64,000 nucleotides of DNA from Acidobacteria bacterium Ga0077551 (GTDB lineage Bacteria; Pseudomonadota; Alphaproteobacteria; Caulobacterales; Hyphomonadaceae): positions 817-64,816 of the forward strand of contig LNFC01000011.1 in the NCBI GenBank assembly GCA_001464545.1, in the 5' to 3' direction. This document shows, piece by piece, positions 7,165 to 17,811 of this stretch. How positions within the stretch are numbered: the stretch's first letter is position 1; every line of letters starts with the position of its first letter. The position numbers and the translations under genes are program-made. The notes beneath the pieces are model-generated. The model had not been told where the DNA came from. It ran no database searches and worked only from the letters and a program-made list of their open reading frames with translations.

Positions 7165-10032
7165 ATGCTTGACCAGAGATTTGACCCCGCCGAAGCCGAA
7201 GCCCGGATCTACCAGGCCTGGGAGGAAGCCGGCTGCTTCCGCCCTTCCGGGGATACCAGCGCGCAGGCCTATTCGATCGTGATCCCGCCGCCGAACGTCA
7301 CCGGCGTGCTGCACATGGGCCATGCGCTCAACAATACGCTGCAGGATGTGCTGATCCGGTTCGAGCGGATGCGCGGCAAGAATGTGCTGTGGCAGCCGGG
7401 CACCGACCATGCCGGCATCGCGACGCAGATGGTGGTCGAGCGCCAGCTGGCGAAGGAAGGCAACAATCAGGACCGCCGCACGATGGGACGCGAGGCGTTC
7501 CTGAAGCGCGTCTGGGCGTGGAAGGAAGAATCGGGCGGCTCGATCAAGGGGCAGCTGAAGCGGCTGGGCGCCTCGTGCGACTGGTCGGTCGAGCGGTTCA
7601 CAATGGACGAGGGCCTGTCGAAGGCCGTGACGAAAGTGTTCGTCGACCTGCACAAGAAGGGCCTGATTTACCGCGACAAGCGGCTGGTGAACTGGGACCC
7701 GCATTTCCAGACGGCAATTTCCGATCTGGAAGTGGAGACGCGCGAAGTGGCGGGCCATTACTGGCACCTGCGTTATCCGATGGCGGACGGCGTGACCTAT
7801 GATCATCCGCTCAAGGATGAAGACGGCAACGTCACGTTCGAGACGCGCGACTATATCGTGGTCGCGACGTCGCGACCGGAGACGATGCTGGGCGATACCG
7901 GCGTGGCGGTGCATCCGGAGGATGCGCGATATTCGGGGCTCGTCGGCAAGGAGGTTGTGCTGCCGATCGTCGGGCGGCGGATTCCGATCGTGGCGGATGA
8001 ATATGCGAACCCCGAGAAGGGTTCGGGCGCGGTGAAGATCACGCCGGCGCATGACTTCAACGACTTTGAAGTCGGCAAGCGCGCGGGGCATGCGCCGCTG
8101 AACATCCTGACGGCAGTTGCGGCCATCGTGGACGGCGCGGAAGCCGATGCAGCGAGTATTCCCGCTGAGCTGCGCGGGCTTGACCGGTTCAAGGCGCGCG
8201 AGGCGGTGGTTGCGGCGTTCGAGGCGGCGGGTCTGCTGGAGCGGATCGAGGACCTCAAGATAGAGCAGCCGTTCGGCGACCGGTCCGGCGTCGTTATCGA
8301 GCCGTGGATGACGGATCAGTGGTATGTCGATGCGGGCACGCTGGCCAAGCCGGCGCGCGCGGCGGTCGAGGACGGGCGCACGCGCTTCGTGCCGGAGAAC
8401 TGGACGAAGACCTATTACAACTGGATGGACAATATCCAGCCGTGGTGTGTGAGCCGGCAGCTCTGGTGGGGGCACCGGATTCCGGCCTGGTATGGCCCCG
8501 CGATGACAACCGAGCCTGACGGCAATGGCGGGCACCAGGTTGCAGTCGATCATTCGGGAAACTCGCCGGGCAAGTTCTTCGTTGCTGCGACCGAAGCCGA
8601 CGCAATTGCGCAAGCGGCAGCGTTCTATCGCCGTCCGGTAAAGACCGCGGCCGACCGCGATGCGGCGCGCAGCGCGATGCTGGCGGGCGATCATGAGACC
8701 GCGATTTATCTGTATCAGGACGAAGACGTTCTCGACACCTGGTTCTCCTCGGCGCTGTGGCCCTTCTCGACACAGGGCTGGCCGGAGAATACCGAGGCGC
8801 TGAAGACCTTCTATCCGACAGCGACGCTCGTGACGGCGTTCGACATCATCTTCTTCTGGGTCGCCCGGATGATGATGATGGGGCTCGAGTTCACCGGCGA
8901 AGCTCCGTTCAAGGATGTTTATATTCATGCCCTCGTTCTCGACGAGAAGGGGCAGAAGATGTCGAAGTCCAAGGGCAATGCCATGGACCCGCTGGAGCTC
9001 GTCGACGAGTTTGGCGCCGATGCGCTGCGCTTTGCGATGAGCCGGATGGCGGGACAGGGCCGCAACATCCGCCTGTCGAAGCAGGGGGTCGAGAGCAACC
9101 GGAACTTCACGACGAAACTATGGAACGCGACGCGCTTTGCCGAGATGAACGAATGCGGCGCGCCGGGCGAGTTTGATCCGTGCTCGGCGGAGCGGCCGGT
9201 GAACCAGTGGATCCTCAGCGAGCTGGCGGACTGTGTGGCCGAAGTGACCAGGGGGATCGAGGACTACCGGTTCAACGACGCCGCCGGCGCGCTTTACAAG
9301 TTCGTCTGGAACACAGTGTGCGACTGGTATCTGGAACTGATCAAGCCGCTGCTGATGGGCATGGATGACGCGGCGAAGGCGGAGACGCGCGCGGTGTGCG
9401 GCTATGTGCTCGACGAGTCGCTGAAGCTGCTGCATCCGTTCATGCCGTTCGTGACGGAAGAACTCTGGGAGCGACGCGCGCCGGGACGCGCGCACGATCA
9501 GGGCTTCCTGATGCTGCAGCAATGGCCTGCCATCACGGAGTTCGGCCATGCCGAAGCGAGCGCCGAGATCGAATGGCTGATCGAGATGATTACCGAGATC
9601 CGCTCGCTGCGGAATGATCTAGGCGTGCCGGCGGGCGCGAAGGTGCCGATGACGCTGTTGAACCCTTCCCCGGTGGACACGCAACGCCTGGCGCGGAATG
9701 ACGAAGTGCTGCGCCGGATGGCACGGCTGGACGAGACGGCGACCGCGACATCGCAGCCGGCAGGCTCGGTGTCGACGCTGGTTGGATCGTCCGTGGCGGC
9801 GCTGCACATCGCGGACTTGATCGACAAGGTGGAAGCGCAGAAGCGTCTCGACAAGGAAATCACCACGCTCGACAAGGACATAGCAGCGACCGAGAAGAAA
9901 CTCGGCAACGCAGACTTTGTCGCGCGGGCGCCGGAAGAGATTGTCGAGGAGAACCGGGACCGGCTCAAGGACTGGGCGCTGCGCCGGGAGAAGCTCAAAT
10001 CGGCCCGGGCCGCGCTGGCCGGGATTGCCTGA
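7165..10032 (+). CDS. valS: Valine--tRNA ligase
   Basis: MLDQRFDPAEAEARIYQAWEE..., HIGH motif (PPNVTGVLHMGH), KMSKS motif (KMSKSKGN) and a C-terminal coiled coil. ATG 7165 is chosen over the 6997 extension, which overlaps popZ. Confidence 0.95.
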   Translation: MLDQRFDPAEAEARIYQAWEEAGCFRPSGDTSAQAYSIVIPPPNVTGVLHMGHALNNTLQDVLIRFERMRGKNVLWQPGTDHAGIATQMVVERQLAKEGNNQDRRTMGREAFLKRVWAWKEESGGSIKGQLKRLGASCDWSVERFTMDEGLSKAVTKVFVDLHKKGLIYRDKRLVNWDPHFQTAISDLEVETREVAGHYWHLRYPMADGVTYDHPLKDEDGNVTFETRDYIVVATSRPETMLGDTGVAVHPEDARYSGLVGKEVVLPIVGRRIPIVADEYANPEKGSGAVKITPAHDFNDFEVGKRAGHAPLNILTAVAAIVDGAEADAASIPAELRGLDRFKAREAVVAAFEAAGLLERIEDLKIEQPFGDRSGVVIEPWMTDQWYVDAGTLAKPARAAVEDGRTRFVPENWTKTYYNWMDNIQPWCVSRQLWWGHRIPAWYGPAMTTEPDGNGGHQVAVDHSGNSPGKFFVAATEADAIAQAAAFYRRPVKTAADRDAARSAMLAGDHETAIYLYQDEDVLDTWFSSALWPFSTQGWPENTEALKTFYPTATLVTAFDIIFFWVARMMMMGLEFTGEAPFKDVYIHALVLDEKGQKMSKSKGNAMDPLELVDEFGADALRFAMSRMAGQGRNIRLSKQGVESNRNFTTKLWNATRFAEMNECGAPGEFDPCSAERPVNQWILSELADCVAEVTRGIEDYRFNDAAGALYKFVWNTVCDWYLELIKPLLMGMDDAAKAETRAVCGYVLDESLKLLHPFMPFVTEELWERRAPGRAHDQGFLMLQQWPAITEFGHAEASAEIEWLIEMITEIRSLRNDLGVPAGAKVPMTLLNPSPVDTQRLARNDEVLRRMARLDETATATSQPAGSVSTLVGSSVAALHIADLIDKVEAQKRLDKEITTLDKDIAATEKKLGNADFVARAPEEIVEENRDRLKDWALRREKLKSARAALAGIA

Positions 10033-10161
10033 ACTTCCAAACGCCCGCCGCGGTACCGTTTGAGGCATGGATCGCCGCTGCTTGCGGCGATTAGGCGCTT
10101 TTCCGCAAGGAAATTGCGCGCTAGGCCCTTTTTTTCGGAACTCCGAATGGGAACGCGCTTC

Positions 10162-11889
10162 ATGACCAAGATCTGGGACAAATCCCGCCTGCCCTCCCGC
10201 CATGTGACGGAAGGCCCCGAGCGGGCGCCGCACCGCAGCTATTACTACGCGATGGGTCTCTCCACGAAGGACATCAAGAAGCCGTTCGTCGGCGTGGCGT
10301 CCTGCTGGAATGAAGCGGCGCCGTGCAACACGGCGCTGATGCGCCAGGCACACGCGGCTTCGGTGGGGGTGAAGGAAGCGGATGGTACGCCGCGCGAGTT
10401 CTGCACGATTACCGTGACCGACGGGATCGCGATGGGCCATGAGGGCATGCGCTCGTCACTGGTCAGCCGCGAAGTGATTGCGGACTCGGTCGAGCTGACG
10501 ATACGCGGTCATTCTTATGATGCGCTGGTCGGCGTGGCGGGCTGCGACAAGTCGCTGCCGGGGATGATGATGGCGATGCTGCGGCTTAACGTGCCGAGCG
10601 TGTTCATCTATGGCGGCTCAATCCTGCCGGGCCAGTTCGAAGGCAAGGATGTGACCGTGCTCGACGTGTTCGAGGCCGTCGGCGCGCATGCGGCGGGCTC
10701 AAGCGAAATGTCGAGTGCAAAGCTTGAGGCGCTCGAGAAGCTCGCCTGCCCCGGTGACGGCGCGTGTGGCGGGCAGTTTACGGCGAACACCATGGCGTGC
10801 GTGTCGGAAGCAATTGGCCTCGCGCTGCCGCTATCGTCGGCGCTGCCGGCGCCGTACCTGGAGCGGGACGCGTATTGCGTCGAGAGCGGCCGGGCCGTTA
10901 TGCGGCTGATCGAGCAGAACCTCCGTCCACGGGATATCTGCACGCGGGAAGCGTTCGAGAATGCGGCGGTGGTCGTGGCGGCCTCGGGCGGCTCGACCAA
11001 TGCCGCGCTGCACCTGCCCGCGATGGCGCATGAGTGCGGCGTGAAGTTCGATCTCAAGGACGTTGCCGCGATCTTCGCCAAGACGCCGTACATCGCGGAC
11101 CTGAAACCGGGCGGCAATTACGTGGCCAAGGATTTCGGCGAGGCGGGCGGCGTGCCGATGCTGATGAAGACGCTGTATGAGGCGGGCCTCATCCACGGGC
11201 ACTGCATGACGGTGACAGGCAAGACGGTAGCCGAGAACCTGAAGGACGTGGTGTTCAACAAGGACCAGAAGGTGATCCGCGAGGCGACCAATCCGATCTC
11301 GCCGAATGGCGGTGTGGTCGGTCTCTGGGGATCGCTGGCGCCGGACGGGGCGATCGTGAAAGTCGCGGGCCTCAAGGATCTGACGTTTTCCGGCCCGGCC
11401 CGTGTGTTCGATGGCGAGGAAGCCTGCTTCGCCGCGGTGCGCGACCGCAACTACAAGGAAGGCGAAGTGCTGGTCATCCGCTATGAGGGGCCGAAGGGCG
11501 GACCCGGCATGCGCGAGATGCTGTCGACGACGGCGGCGATCTATGGCCAGGGCATGGGCGACAAGGTGGCGCTGATCACCGATGGCCGCTTCTCCGGCGC
11601 AACGCGCGGGTTCTGCGTGGGCCATGTCGGACCGGAAGCGGCGGAAGGCGGACCTATCGGCCTGATCCGCGACGGCGACATCATCATCCTCGACGCCATC
11701 AAGGGCACCATCGACGTGCGGCTGACACCGGCCGAGATCGAAGACCGCAAGCGGGCGTGGAAGCCGCGGACGACGAAGTATGGCTCCGGCGCGCTGCAGA
11801 AATTCGCGAAACTGGTCGGCCCCGCGCATGAGGGCGCGGTGACACATTCCGGTTTCGACGGCGAACTGCACGTCTACGCCGACATTTGA
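10162..11889 (+). CDS. ilvD: Dihydroxy-acid dehydratase
   Basis: IlvD/Edd family motifs [18 protein letters not shown] and [20 protein letters not shown]. 575 aa from ATG 10162. Confidence 0.85.
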   Translation: MTKIWDKSRLPSRHVTEGPERAPHRSYYYAMGLSTKDIKKPFVGVASCWNEAAPCNTALMRQAHAASVGVKEADGTPREFCTITVTDGIAMGHEGMRSSLVSREVIADSVELTIRGHSYDALVGVAGCDKSLPGMMMAMLRLNVPSVFIYGGSILPGQFEGKDVTVLDVFEAVGAHAAGSSEMSSAKLEALEKLACPGDGACGGQFTANTMACVSEAIGLALPLSSALPAPYLERDAYCVESGRAVMRLIEQNLRPRDICTREAFENAAVVVAASGGSTNAALHLPAMAHECGVKFDLKDVAAIFAKTPYIADLKPGGNYVAKDFGEAGGVPMLMKTLYEAGLIHGHCMTVTGKTVAENLKDVVFNKDQKVIREATNPISPNGGVVGLWGSLAPDGAIVKVAGLKDLTFSGPARVFDGEEACFAAVRDRNYKEGEVLVIRYEGPKGGPGMREMLSTTAAIYGQGMGDKVALITDGRFSGATRGFCVGHVGPEAAEGGPIGLIRDGDIIILDAIKGTIDVRLTPAEIEDRKRAWKPRTTKYGSGALQKFAKLVGPAHEGAVTHSGFDGELHVYADI

Positions 11890-11956
11890 CCGGGCCCTTT
11901 CAGGAAGCCAGAGCACACCTTATGCTCAATGATCTGGGCAGGATCGGGAATCGGGC

Positions 11957-12964
11957 ATGAGTGACAAGGATCAAAGCCCCGACGCGGGCGCGCCGCTGTC
12001 GCTGGGCGACCTGCCGCCGGAATTTGCCGGGTTCGACCGCATCTACGAACAGGAAATCCGGCCCAGCCTGATGGCGCGGGAGGCGGAGCGGGTCGCCGCA
12101 GCGCAGAAGGCGATCCAGACGCGCTGGATCGGCGGAGCGATCATTGCGGCGGGTGTGGGGATCGGCTTTGCGCTGCTGAAGCTGCCGGTGGTGGCGATCA
12201 TCGTTGGCATCATCGGCTTTGGCGTGATCGGCTGGGGCAACATGGGCATCTCGCGGCTCGCGGGCGAGGCCAAGGCACTGATCGTGGAACCCATCGCGCG
12301 CCAGCTCGATCTGACATTCACGCCCGCGCCCGGCACATGCGAGTCGATCTACCGCCACAAGGATGTCGGCGTTGTGCCCGGCTGGGACCGGTCGAAGTTC
12401 GAGGACCTCGTCACCGGCAAGCGGGGCGCGGTGGACTTCGAACTGTTCGAGGCCCACCTCGAAGAGAAGCGCACGACCACCGACTCGAAAGGCCGCACAC
12501 AGACGACCTGGGTGACGGTGTTCCAGGGCCAGTGCCTGCGGCTCGACTTTCACAAAACCTTCTATGGCCGCACGCTGGTGACGCGGGACATGGGGTTCTT
12601 CAACCGGTTTGGCGGCGGCAACGGCATGCAACGTGCGACGCTGGAAGACCCGACGTTCGAGAAGATTTTCGAGGTCTACACAACCGACCAGGTGGAAGGC
12701 CGGTACCTGCTGACGCCGGACCTGATGCAGAAGCTTGTCGATCTCGAGGAGGTTTTCCGGGGCGGCAAGCTGAAGGCAGCCTTTGATGGCGGCGAGATGC
12801 TGATCACCGTGCAGGGCGGCAACCTGTTCGAGCCGGGATCGATGTTCAAGCCGCTCGACAGCGCAGACCGGGTGCAGGAGCTGCTGAAGGATTTTGCGGC
12901 GGTGTTCGGGCTGATCGACGCCGTGACGGCCGGGCGGAGCAAGATGCCGCCGCCGGCGGCCTGA
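11957..12964 (+). CDS. Hypothetical membrane protein (DUF3137-like)
   Basis: 335 aa. Two hydrophobic helices (IGGAIIAAGVGIGFALL, VVAIIVGIIGFGVIGW) precede a soluble domain. The family assignment is from memory only. Confidence 0.5.
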   Translation: MSDKDQSPDAGAPLSLGDLPPEFAGFDRIYEQEIRPSLMAREAERVAAAQKAIQTRWIGGAIIAAGVGIGFALLKLPVVAIIVGIIGFGVIGWGNMGISRLAGEAKALIVEPIARQLDLTFTPAPGTCESIYRHKDVGVVPGWDRSKFEDLVTGKRGAVDFELFEAHLEEKRTTTDSKGRTQTTWVTVFQGQCLRLDFHKTFYGRTLVTRDMGFFNRFGGGNGMQRATLEDPTFEKIFEVYTTDQVEGRYLLTPDLMQKLVDLEEVFRGGKLKAAFDGGEMLITVQGGNLFEPGSMFKPLDSADRVQELLKDFAAVFGLIDAVTAGRSKMPPPAA

Positions 12965-13051
12965 TCCGAAGCCTGCAGGTTTCGGCACTGTTCATGGTGG
13001 CTTCCTGCGGTTGCCGAATAATTGCCGCAGTGATCGGAGAAACACGTATCC

Positions 13052-13429
13052 ATGATGCGCTGCGCAATCTCATTCGGACTTCTGGCCATGGTGCTGGCGG
13101 GGCCTGCCCTTGCCAATGGCAAGGCTGATGTGGCCTCCTGCAAGGCGATGCAGGCGACGCTGGCTCCGCGCGAGGCGGAGATCAGTGAGTTGACCGAGCA
13201 GCGCGAGGCTGCGGCGCTGCGCGCTGAAGAGGCCGGCATTGCCTGGGAAGACGCCGAGATCCACCGGCTGGTTTCGGTCGCGCATGCCGCCACCGCCGAC
13301 CGCGAACTTGCAGCGTATGATGCGGCAAAGAAGAAGTTCGCAAGAGACGAACTCGCGCTGCGAAGCGCCGTGCTACAGTTCAATACCGACGTCGCCGTCT
13401 ACAACGCGCGCTGCTCCCCGAAGGAGTAG
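13052..13429 (+). CDS. Secreted hypothetical protein (coiled-coil, two Cys)
   Basis: Signal peptide MMRCAISFGLLAMVLAGPALA, high GC3 and no recognisable domain. Confidence 0.55.
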   Translation: MMRCAISFGLLAMVLAGPALANGKADVASCKAMQATLAPREAEISELTEQREAAALRAEEAGIAWEDAEIHRLVSVAHAATADRELAAYDAAKKKFARDELALRSAVLQFNTDVAVYNARCSPKE

Positions 13430-13432
13430 TGA

Positions 13433-15400
13433 TCAGGGCGTGACGATCGGGAACGGCTCCGGCGCGGCCGGAGGATCGAGGACGCCGAGCAGGACCGCGG
13501 CGGCGGTTGGATCACCCGAGATGGTCAGCGCGCCCTTCATCACAAGGTCGGCCGGTTTCTGGCCCGCGAAGATCATGCCCAGGAAAGCCGCCTTCGGCAT
13601 CGTGAGCGTCGCCGAGGCAGGCTGGCCGGTGCCCGGCTCGTGCACGAGCACGGAGTTGCGGATGCTGACCAGGCGGGACTCGCCGAGGTCCGGGAACACG
13701 AACGCGATGGTGACCGATTTTCCGTCCGCCAACTGAGGATCGACCCGTACGGCGAGCATGTCGAAGACCTGCTCGACGGAGATGGCGGAGACGACATCCG
13801 CCGAAAGCGTGGACATGCCCGACGCGCTGGGATCGACGCGCGCTTCGACGGCGCCGGTGAGGTACATGTTGCGCCAGAGCGAGCCTTCGGCCTGGTAGCC
13901 CATCTGCTCGAAGGCCTTGGCGAGGAGTTCGCGCGCCTCGGTGTTGGTGTCATCGGCGAAGACGAGGTGGCTGGCGACTTCGGCGGCCCAGCGATAGTCG
14001 GCTTCGTTGAACGCCTTCTGCGCGGTCCGCAGCGCCTTGCCCGCACCGCCCATGGCTTCGACATAGCGCACGGCGGCCTGTTCGGGTGGCCAAGGGTTCA
14101 GGTTGGCGGGGTTGGCGTCGTACCAGCCGAGGTAGCGCTGGTACACGGCCTTCGAATTGTGGGCCATCGTGCCGTAATAGCCGCGATTGTACCATTTGGA
14201 GGCGAGGCTGTCCGGCAGGGCGATGACTTCGGCGATCTCTTCGGCGGTGTAGCCCTTGTTCATCAGGCGGACGGACTGGTCGTGGAGGTATTTGTAGGCG
14301 TCCCGGTGCGTGGCCATGAAGGATGCCACGTTTTCCTGTCCCCAGCGCGGCCAGCCGTGGGAGACGAACATCACGTCGGTGCGGGCGCCGTAGAGGTGGA
14401 TCGACTCGGTCAGATAGTCCGCCCACGCCTTTGAATCGCGCACGAGCGCGCCGCGCGGCGGAAGGATATTGTGCATCGTCGGGTTGGCATTCTCGGCGAG
14501 GCAGAGGGCTTTCAGGTGCGGAAGGTAGAAGTTCATCTCGGACGGAGCTTCGGTGCCGGGCGTGATCTGGAACTCGATCTCGATACCGTCGATGACGAGC
14601 TTCTGGCCGGTCTCGGTGATCGTCACGGTGGGCGCGATCAGGCTGAAGGAGCCGTTCGGCAAGCCGGTGCCGATACCGGCGCCGCCCTGCCCGGCCGGGC
14701 CGGGCGTCAGGCGGGTGCCAAACTGGTAGTTGGCGCGGCGGCTCATGGCGGGCCCGGCAATCAGGTTCTCGCTGACCGCGTGCTCCATGAACCCGTCTGG
14801 CGCGATGATCTGCACCTTGCCGGCGGCGACATCCGCGTCGGAGACAATGCCTTTGACCCCGCCGAAATGGTCACCGTGGCTGTGGGTGTAGATGACCGCG
14901 ACGATGGGCTTGTCGCCGATATGCTCGTGCACCAGCGACATGGCGGCAGCGGCGGTCTCCGTGGCGGTGAGCGGATCAACGATGATGTAGCCGGTTTCGG
15001 TGGCAATGATGCTCATCACCGAAATGTCGAAACCGCGGACCTGCCAGAGGCCCGGCGTGACTTCGAACAGGCCGTGATTGTTCAGGAGGCCGAGGTGGCG
15101 CCAGAGGCTGGGGTTCATCGTGTCAGGCGCGGCGCCTTCGGCGAAATCATAGGCGCCGGCGTCGAAAACGACGCGTCCGTCCGCAGCGAGAATCCTGGTG
15201 TCTTTCAGGGTGGCGATGAAGCCCTGGCTCGCCAGTGCGTTCTCGCTCTCGTCCGACCAGGGAAGGCCGGCCGAGAAGGCCTGATTGGCGGAGACCGTGG
15301 CCGGGGTTGCGACACCCGCCGGCGCGGTGACCTGCTGCGCGCAGGCTTGAATGCCCAGACAGATGGCAATCGCCGCCAAGGCGGACCTGGATTTCAACAT
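13433..15400 (-). CDS. Alkyl/aryl-sulfatase, metallo-beta-lactamase fold (SdsA1/YjcS type), secreted
   Basis: HSHGDHFGG zinc motif, a dimerisation region and a C-terminal SCP2-like region. Signal peptide MLKSRSALAAIAICLGIQACA. ATG 15400 has a GGGGAGA RBS. Confidence 0.8.
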   Translation of the reverse strand: MLKSRSALAAIAICLGIQACAQQVTAPAGVATPATVSANQAFSAGLPWSDESENALASQGFIATLKDTRILAADGRVVFDAGAYDFAEGAAPDTMNPSLWRHLGLLNNHGLFEVTPGLWQVRGFDISVMSIIATETGYIIVDPLTATETAAAAMSLVHEHIGDKPIVAVIYTHSHGDHFGGVKGIVSDADVAAGKVQIIAPDGFMEHAVSENLIAGPAMSRRANYQFGTRLTPGPAGQGGAGIGTGLPNGSFSLIAPTVTITETGQKLVIDGIEIEFQITPGTEAPSEMNFYLPHLKALCLAENANPTMHNILPPRGALVRDSKAWADYLTESIHLYGARTDVMFVSHGWPRWGQENVASFMATHRDAYKYLHDQSVRLMNKGYTAEEIAEVIALPDSLASKWYNRGYYGTMAHNSKAVYQRYLGWYDANPANLNPWPPEQAAVRYVEAMGGAGKALRTAQKAFNEADYRWAAEVASHLVFADDTNTEARELLAKAFEQMGYQAEGSLWRNMYLTGAVEARVDPSASGMSTLSADVVSAISVEQVFDMLAVRVDPQLADGKSVTIAFVFPDLGESRLVSIRNSVLVHEPGTGQPASATLTMPKAAFLGMIFAGQKPADLVMKGALTISGDPTAAAVLLGVLDPPAAPEPFPIVTP

Positions 15401-15557
15401 AGACGTCTCCCCGTTTGTGCCGGATTTTGTCAACCAGCTTACATTGGCGACCCTAGCGCGGAACGCGCGCCGCGCAACGGGACAATCGGCGGAATGCCGC
15501 AAGGGTATTTGGATTGCCCTCTGGACGCTCCGGCCATGGCCCGTCTATCTGCTTGCC

Positions 15558-16424
15558 ATGATCACCGGCCCGACTTCCCACAGCTATATCTCGCAGCGCG
15601 TGCGCCTTCATTATGTCGATTGGGGCAATCCCGATGCGCCGCCCCTGATCCTGCTGCATGGCGGGCGGGATCATTGCCGCAGCTGGGACTGGGTGGCCGA
15701 GGAGCTGCGCAATGACTGGCATGTCATCGCGCCGGACCTGCGCGGTCACGGCGACAGCGGCTGGTCTGCTGATGGCGACTATTCGGTGCGCTCCTGCGTC
15801 TATGACCTCGCGCAACTGATCCACCAGAAGAAGCTGGCACCGCTGACGATCGTTGCTCACTCGTATGGCGGGAACATCTCGCTGCGCTATGCCGGCATCT
15901 ATCCGGAAAACGTGCGCAAGGTGGTCGCCATCGAGGGGCTGGGGCCCTCGCCGCGCATGCTGAAGGAACGGATGGCCGAGCCGATTGCCAAGCGGATGCG
16001 CACATGGATCGACGCCAAGCGGGCCGCGGCTGGTCGCAGCCCGAAGAAGTACGCGACGCTGGAAGAAGCCTACGAGCGGATGAAGGAAGAGAACAAGTAT
16101 CTCTCCGATGCGCAGGCCCGGCATCTGACGATCCATGGCATCAGCCAGAACGAGGACAGCACCTATTCCTGGAAGTTCGACAATCATTTCCGCGTGATGG
16201 TGCCTTACGACCTGCCGCAGGATGACGTGGACGCGCTATGGCGCGAGATCACCTGCCCGACGCTCCTGCTCTACGGCCAGAACAGCTGGGCCTCGAACCC
16301 GGAAACGGATGGGCGGATTGCGAACTTCAAAAATGCGCAGGTCAAGGTCTACGAGAATGCCGGCCACTGGCTGCATCACGACCAGTTCGACCGGTTCGTT
16401 GCCGAGCTGAAAGCGTTCCTCTAA
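15558..16424 (+). CDS. Alpha/beta hydrolase
   Basis: LILLHGGRDHCRSW (HGG oxyanion motif) and nucleophile elbow AHSYGG. ATG 15558 is chosen over the 15351 extension. Confidence 0.8.
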   Translation: MITGPTSHSYISQRVRLHYVDWGNPDAPPLILLHGGRDHCRSWDWVAEELRNDWHVIAPDLRGHGDSGWSADGDYSVRSCVYDLAQLIHQKKLAPLTIVAHSYGGNISLRYAGIYPENVRKVVAIEGLGPSPRMLKERMAEPIAKRMRTWIDAKRAAAGRSPKKYATLEEAYERMKEENKYLSDAQARHLTIHGISQNEDSTYSWKFDNHFRVMVPYDLPQDDVDALWREITCPTLLLYGQNSWASNPETDGRIANFKNAQVKVYENAGHWLHHDQFDRFVAELKAFL

Positions 16425-16438
16425 GCGCCGCGCTGCGC

Positions 16439-17659
16439 TCAGGAGAAATGCAGTCGGCGATACTTGCCGCGGAAATAGAGCAGCGGGTCGCGGCGCGGAT
16501 CGAAGGTGGCGCGCAGGACTTCGCCGACGAGGATGACGTGGTCGCCGCCGTCGTGCATCTGGTGGCGGCGGCATTCGAAGTTCGCGAGCGCGTTCGACAG
16601 GACGGGCGCATCATGCCGGCCGCGCTGCCAAGGCGTCTGGCGGAAGCGGTCTTCGCCGGGCACCGCGAACAAGGTGGAGGCGGGTTGCTGGCCGATGTGC
16701 AGAACATTGACGGCAAAATGCTCTGCCAGTTCGAGGGCTTTGAGGCTGCTTGACGTCTTGGCGATGCAGACGAGGAGCAGCGGCGGGTCGAGCGAGACGG
16801 AGGTGAAGGAGTTGGCCGTGAGGCCGACCGGATCGCCGCCGGCATCGAAGGCGGTCACCACCGTTACGCCTGTTGCGAAACAGCCGAGCGCGTCGCGCAG
16901 GGTGCGCGCGTCCGAACCGGAGCGGTATTCCGGCACGAAGCGCGGGATGCGGCGTTCGAGGAAGTCGAGCAAAGTCGCGCTGAACAGGTCGCCGCGGTCG
17001 GAGGCGACGAGGTGACCCGCCTCCCCGATTTCGGCGTATTCGGCGGCGGGTATCTGTTCGACAATTCGGCTTGCGGAGGCGGCGTCGGTGATATCGCTGA
17101 GGGCGCCGCGCACGAACAGGGCGGGTACGCGGATTTTCGGCGCGGCGGCCTTGAAGCGTCTTAGCGCATCTTCGAGATCGAACCGCTCGAGCATGCGCGG
17201 ATCCCAGGCGCCCTTGGCGGTCTCGGAAGCGGCGCGAAGGGTGCCGGCGGCCTTCCGGATGTTCGTGAGGTCGAGGTCCGGCGGGGCGTCGGCGAGGATC
17301 AGGCCGGAGGCGAGATGTCCGCCGTCTTCGCCCACGGCCACGGCCGCGACCCATCCGCCGAGCGAGGCGCCGACGATGACCGGTCGGGAGGGCAGCTGGG
17401 CGAGGATGGCGCGAAGGTCTTCGACATAGGCGCCGAATTCGTAGCGGCCGTCGGCCGGCCACTCGCTTTCGCCGTGCCCGCGAAGGTCCAGGGCGATCAC
17501 TTGCCGGCCTGCGCGCACCAGGGCGGCGGCCGCATCGTTCCAGATGTCCCGTGTCTGGCCGCCGCCGTGCACCAGCAGCACCAGCGGATCATCGGGGTCG
17601 CCGCGCAGGTCACCGCGGATGACGACGCCGCCGAACCCCTTGAACTGCGAGAGTGGCAT
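16439..17659 (-). CDS. Fusion protein: N-terminal alpha/beta hydrolase + C-terminal flavin reductase-like domain
   Basis: N-terminus LVLLVHGGGQTRDIW and GASLGG elbow. C-terminus LRDALGCFATGVTVVTA...LTANSFTSVSLDPPLLLVCI, which is typical of the flavin reductase (HpaC/NtaB) fold. ATG 17659 has an AAGGA RBS. Confidence 0.75.
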   Translation of the reverse strand: MPLSQFKGFGGVVIRGDLRGDPDDPLVLLVHGGGQTRDIWNDAAAALVRAGRQVIALDLRGHGESEWPADGRYEFGAYVEDLRAILAQLPSRPVIVGASLGGWVAAVAVGEDGGHLASGLILADAPPDLDLTNIRKAAGTLRAASETAKGAWDPRMLERFDLEDALRRFKAAAPKIRVPALFVRGALSDITDAASASRIVEQIPAAEYAEIGEAGHLVASDRGDLFSATLLDFLERRIPRFVPEYRSGSDARTLRDALGCFATGVTVVTAFDAGGDPVGLTANSFTSVSLDPPLLLVCIAKTSSSLKALELAEHFAVNVLHIGQQPASTLFAVPGEDRFRQTPWQRGRHDAPVLSNALANFECRRHQMHDGGDHVILVGEVLRATFDPRRDPLLYFRGKYRRLHFS

Positions 17660-17811
17660 TGGCGTTCCTTGAAATCCGGGCCTGAGAAGGCGAAAAGCCA
17701 AATCGGGCCATCAGGGTGATCTAGGGCCAGCCTCTAGCGCGAACATGCGGCAATTGCGAGACGGCTCGTCGCAGGGTTGGGCACCCGAGCCTCCCACATG
17801 GGGATTGTCGC

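Noticed and set aside
7144-8928. 594-aa ORF on the minus strand
   Set aside because: It is antisense to valS. The same artefact applies to 611..1714, 10831..11916, 11900..12988, 28151..29839, 33562..34554, 48845..49810 and 57959..59161.
10071-10134. Hairpins after valS as a riboswitch or attenuator for ilvD
   Set aside because: ATCGCCGC/GCGGCGAT and the following T-rich run are adequately explained as a valS terminator. I found no conserved leader-peptide ORF or known riboswitch core.
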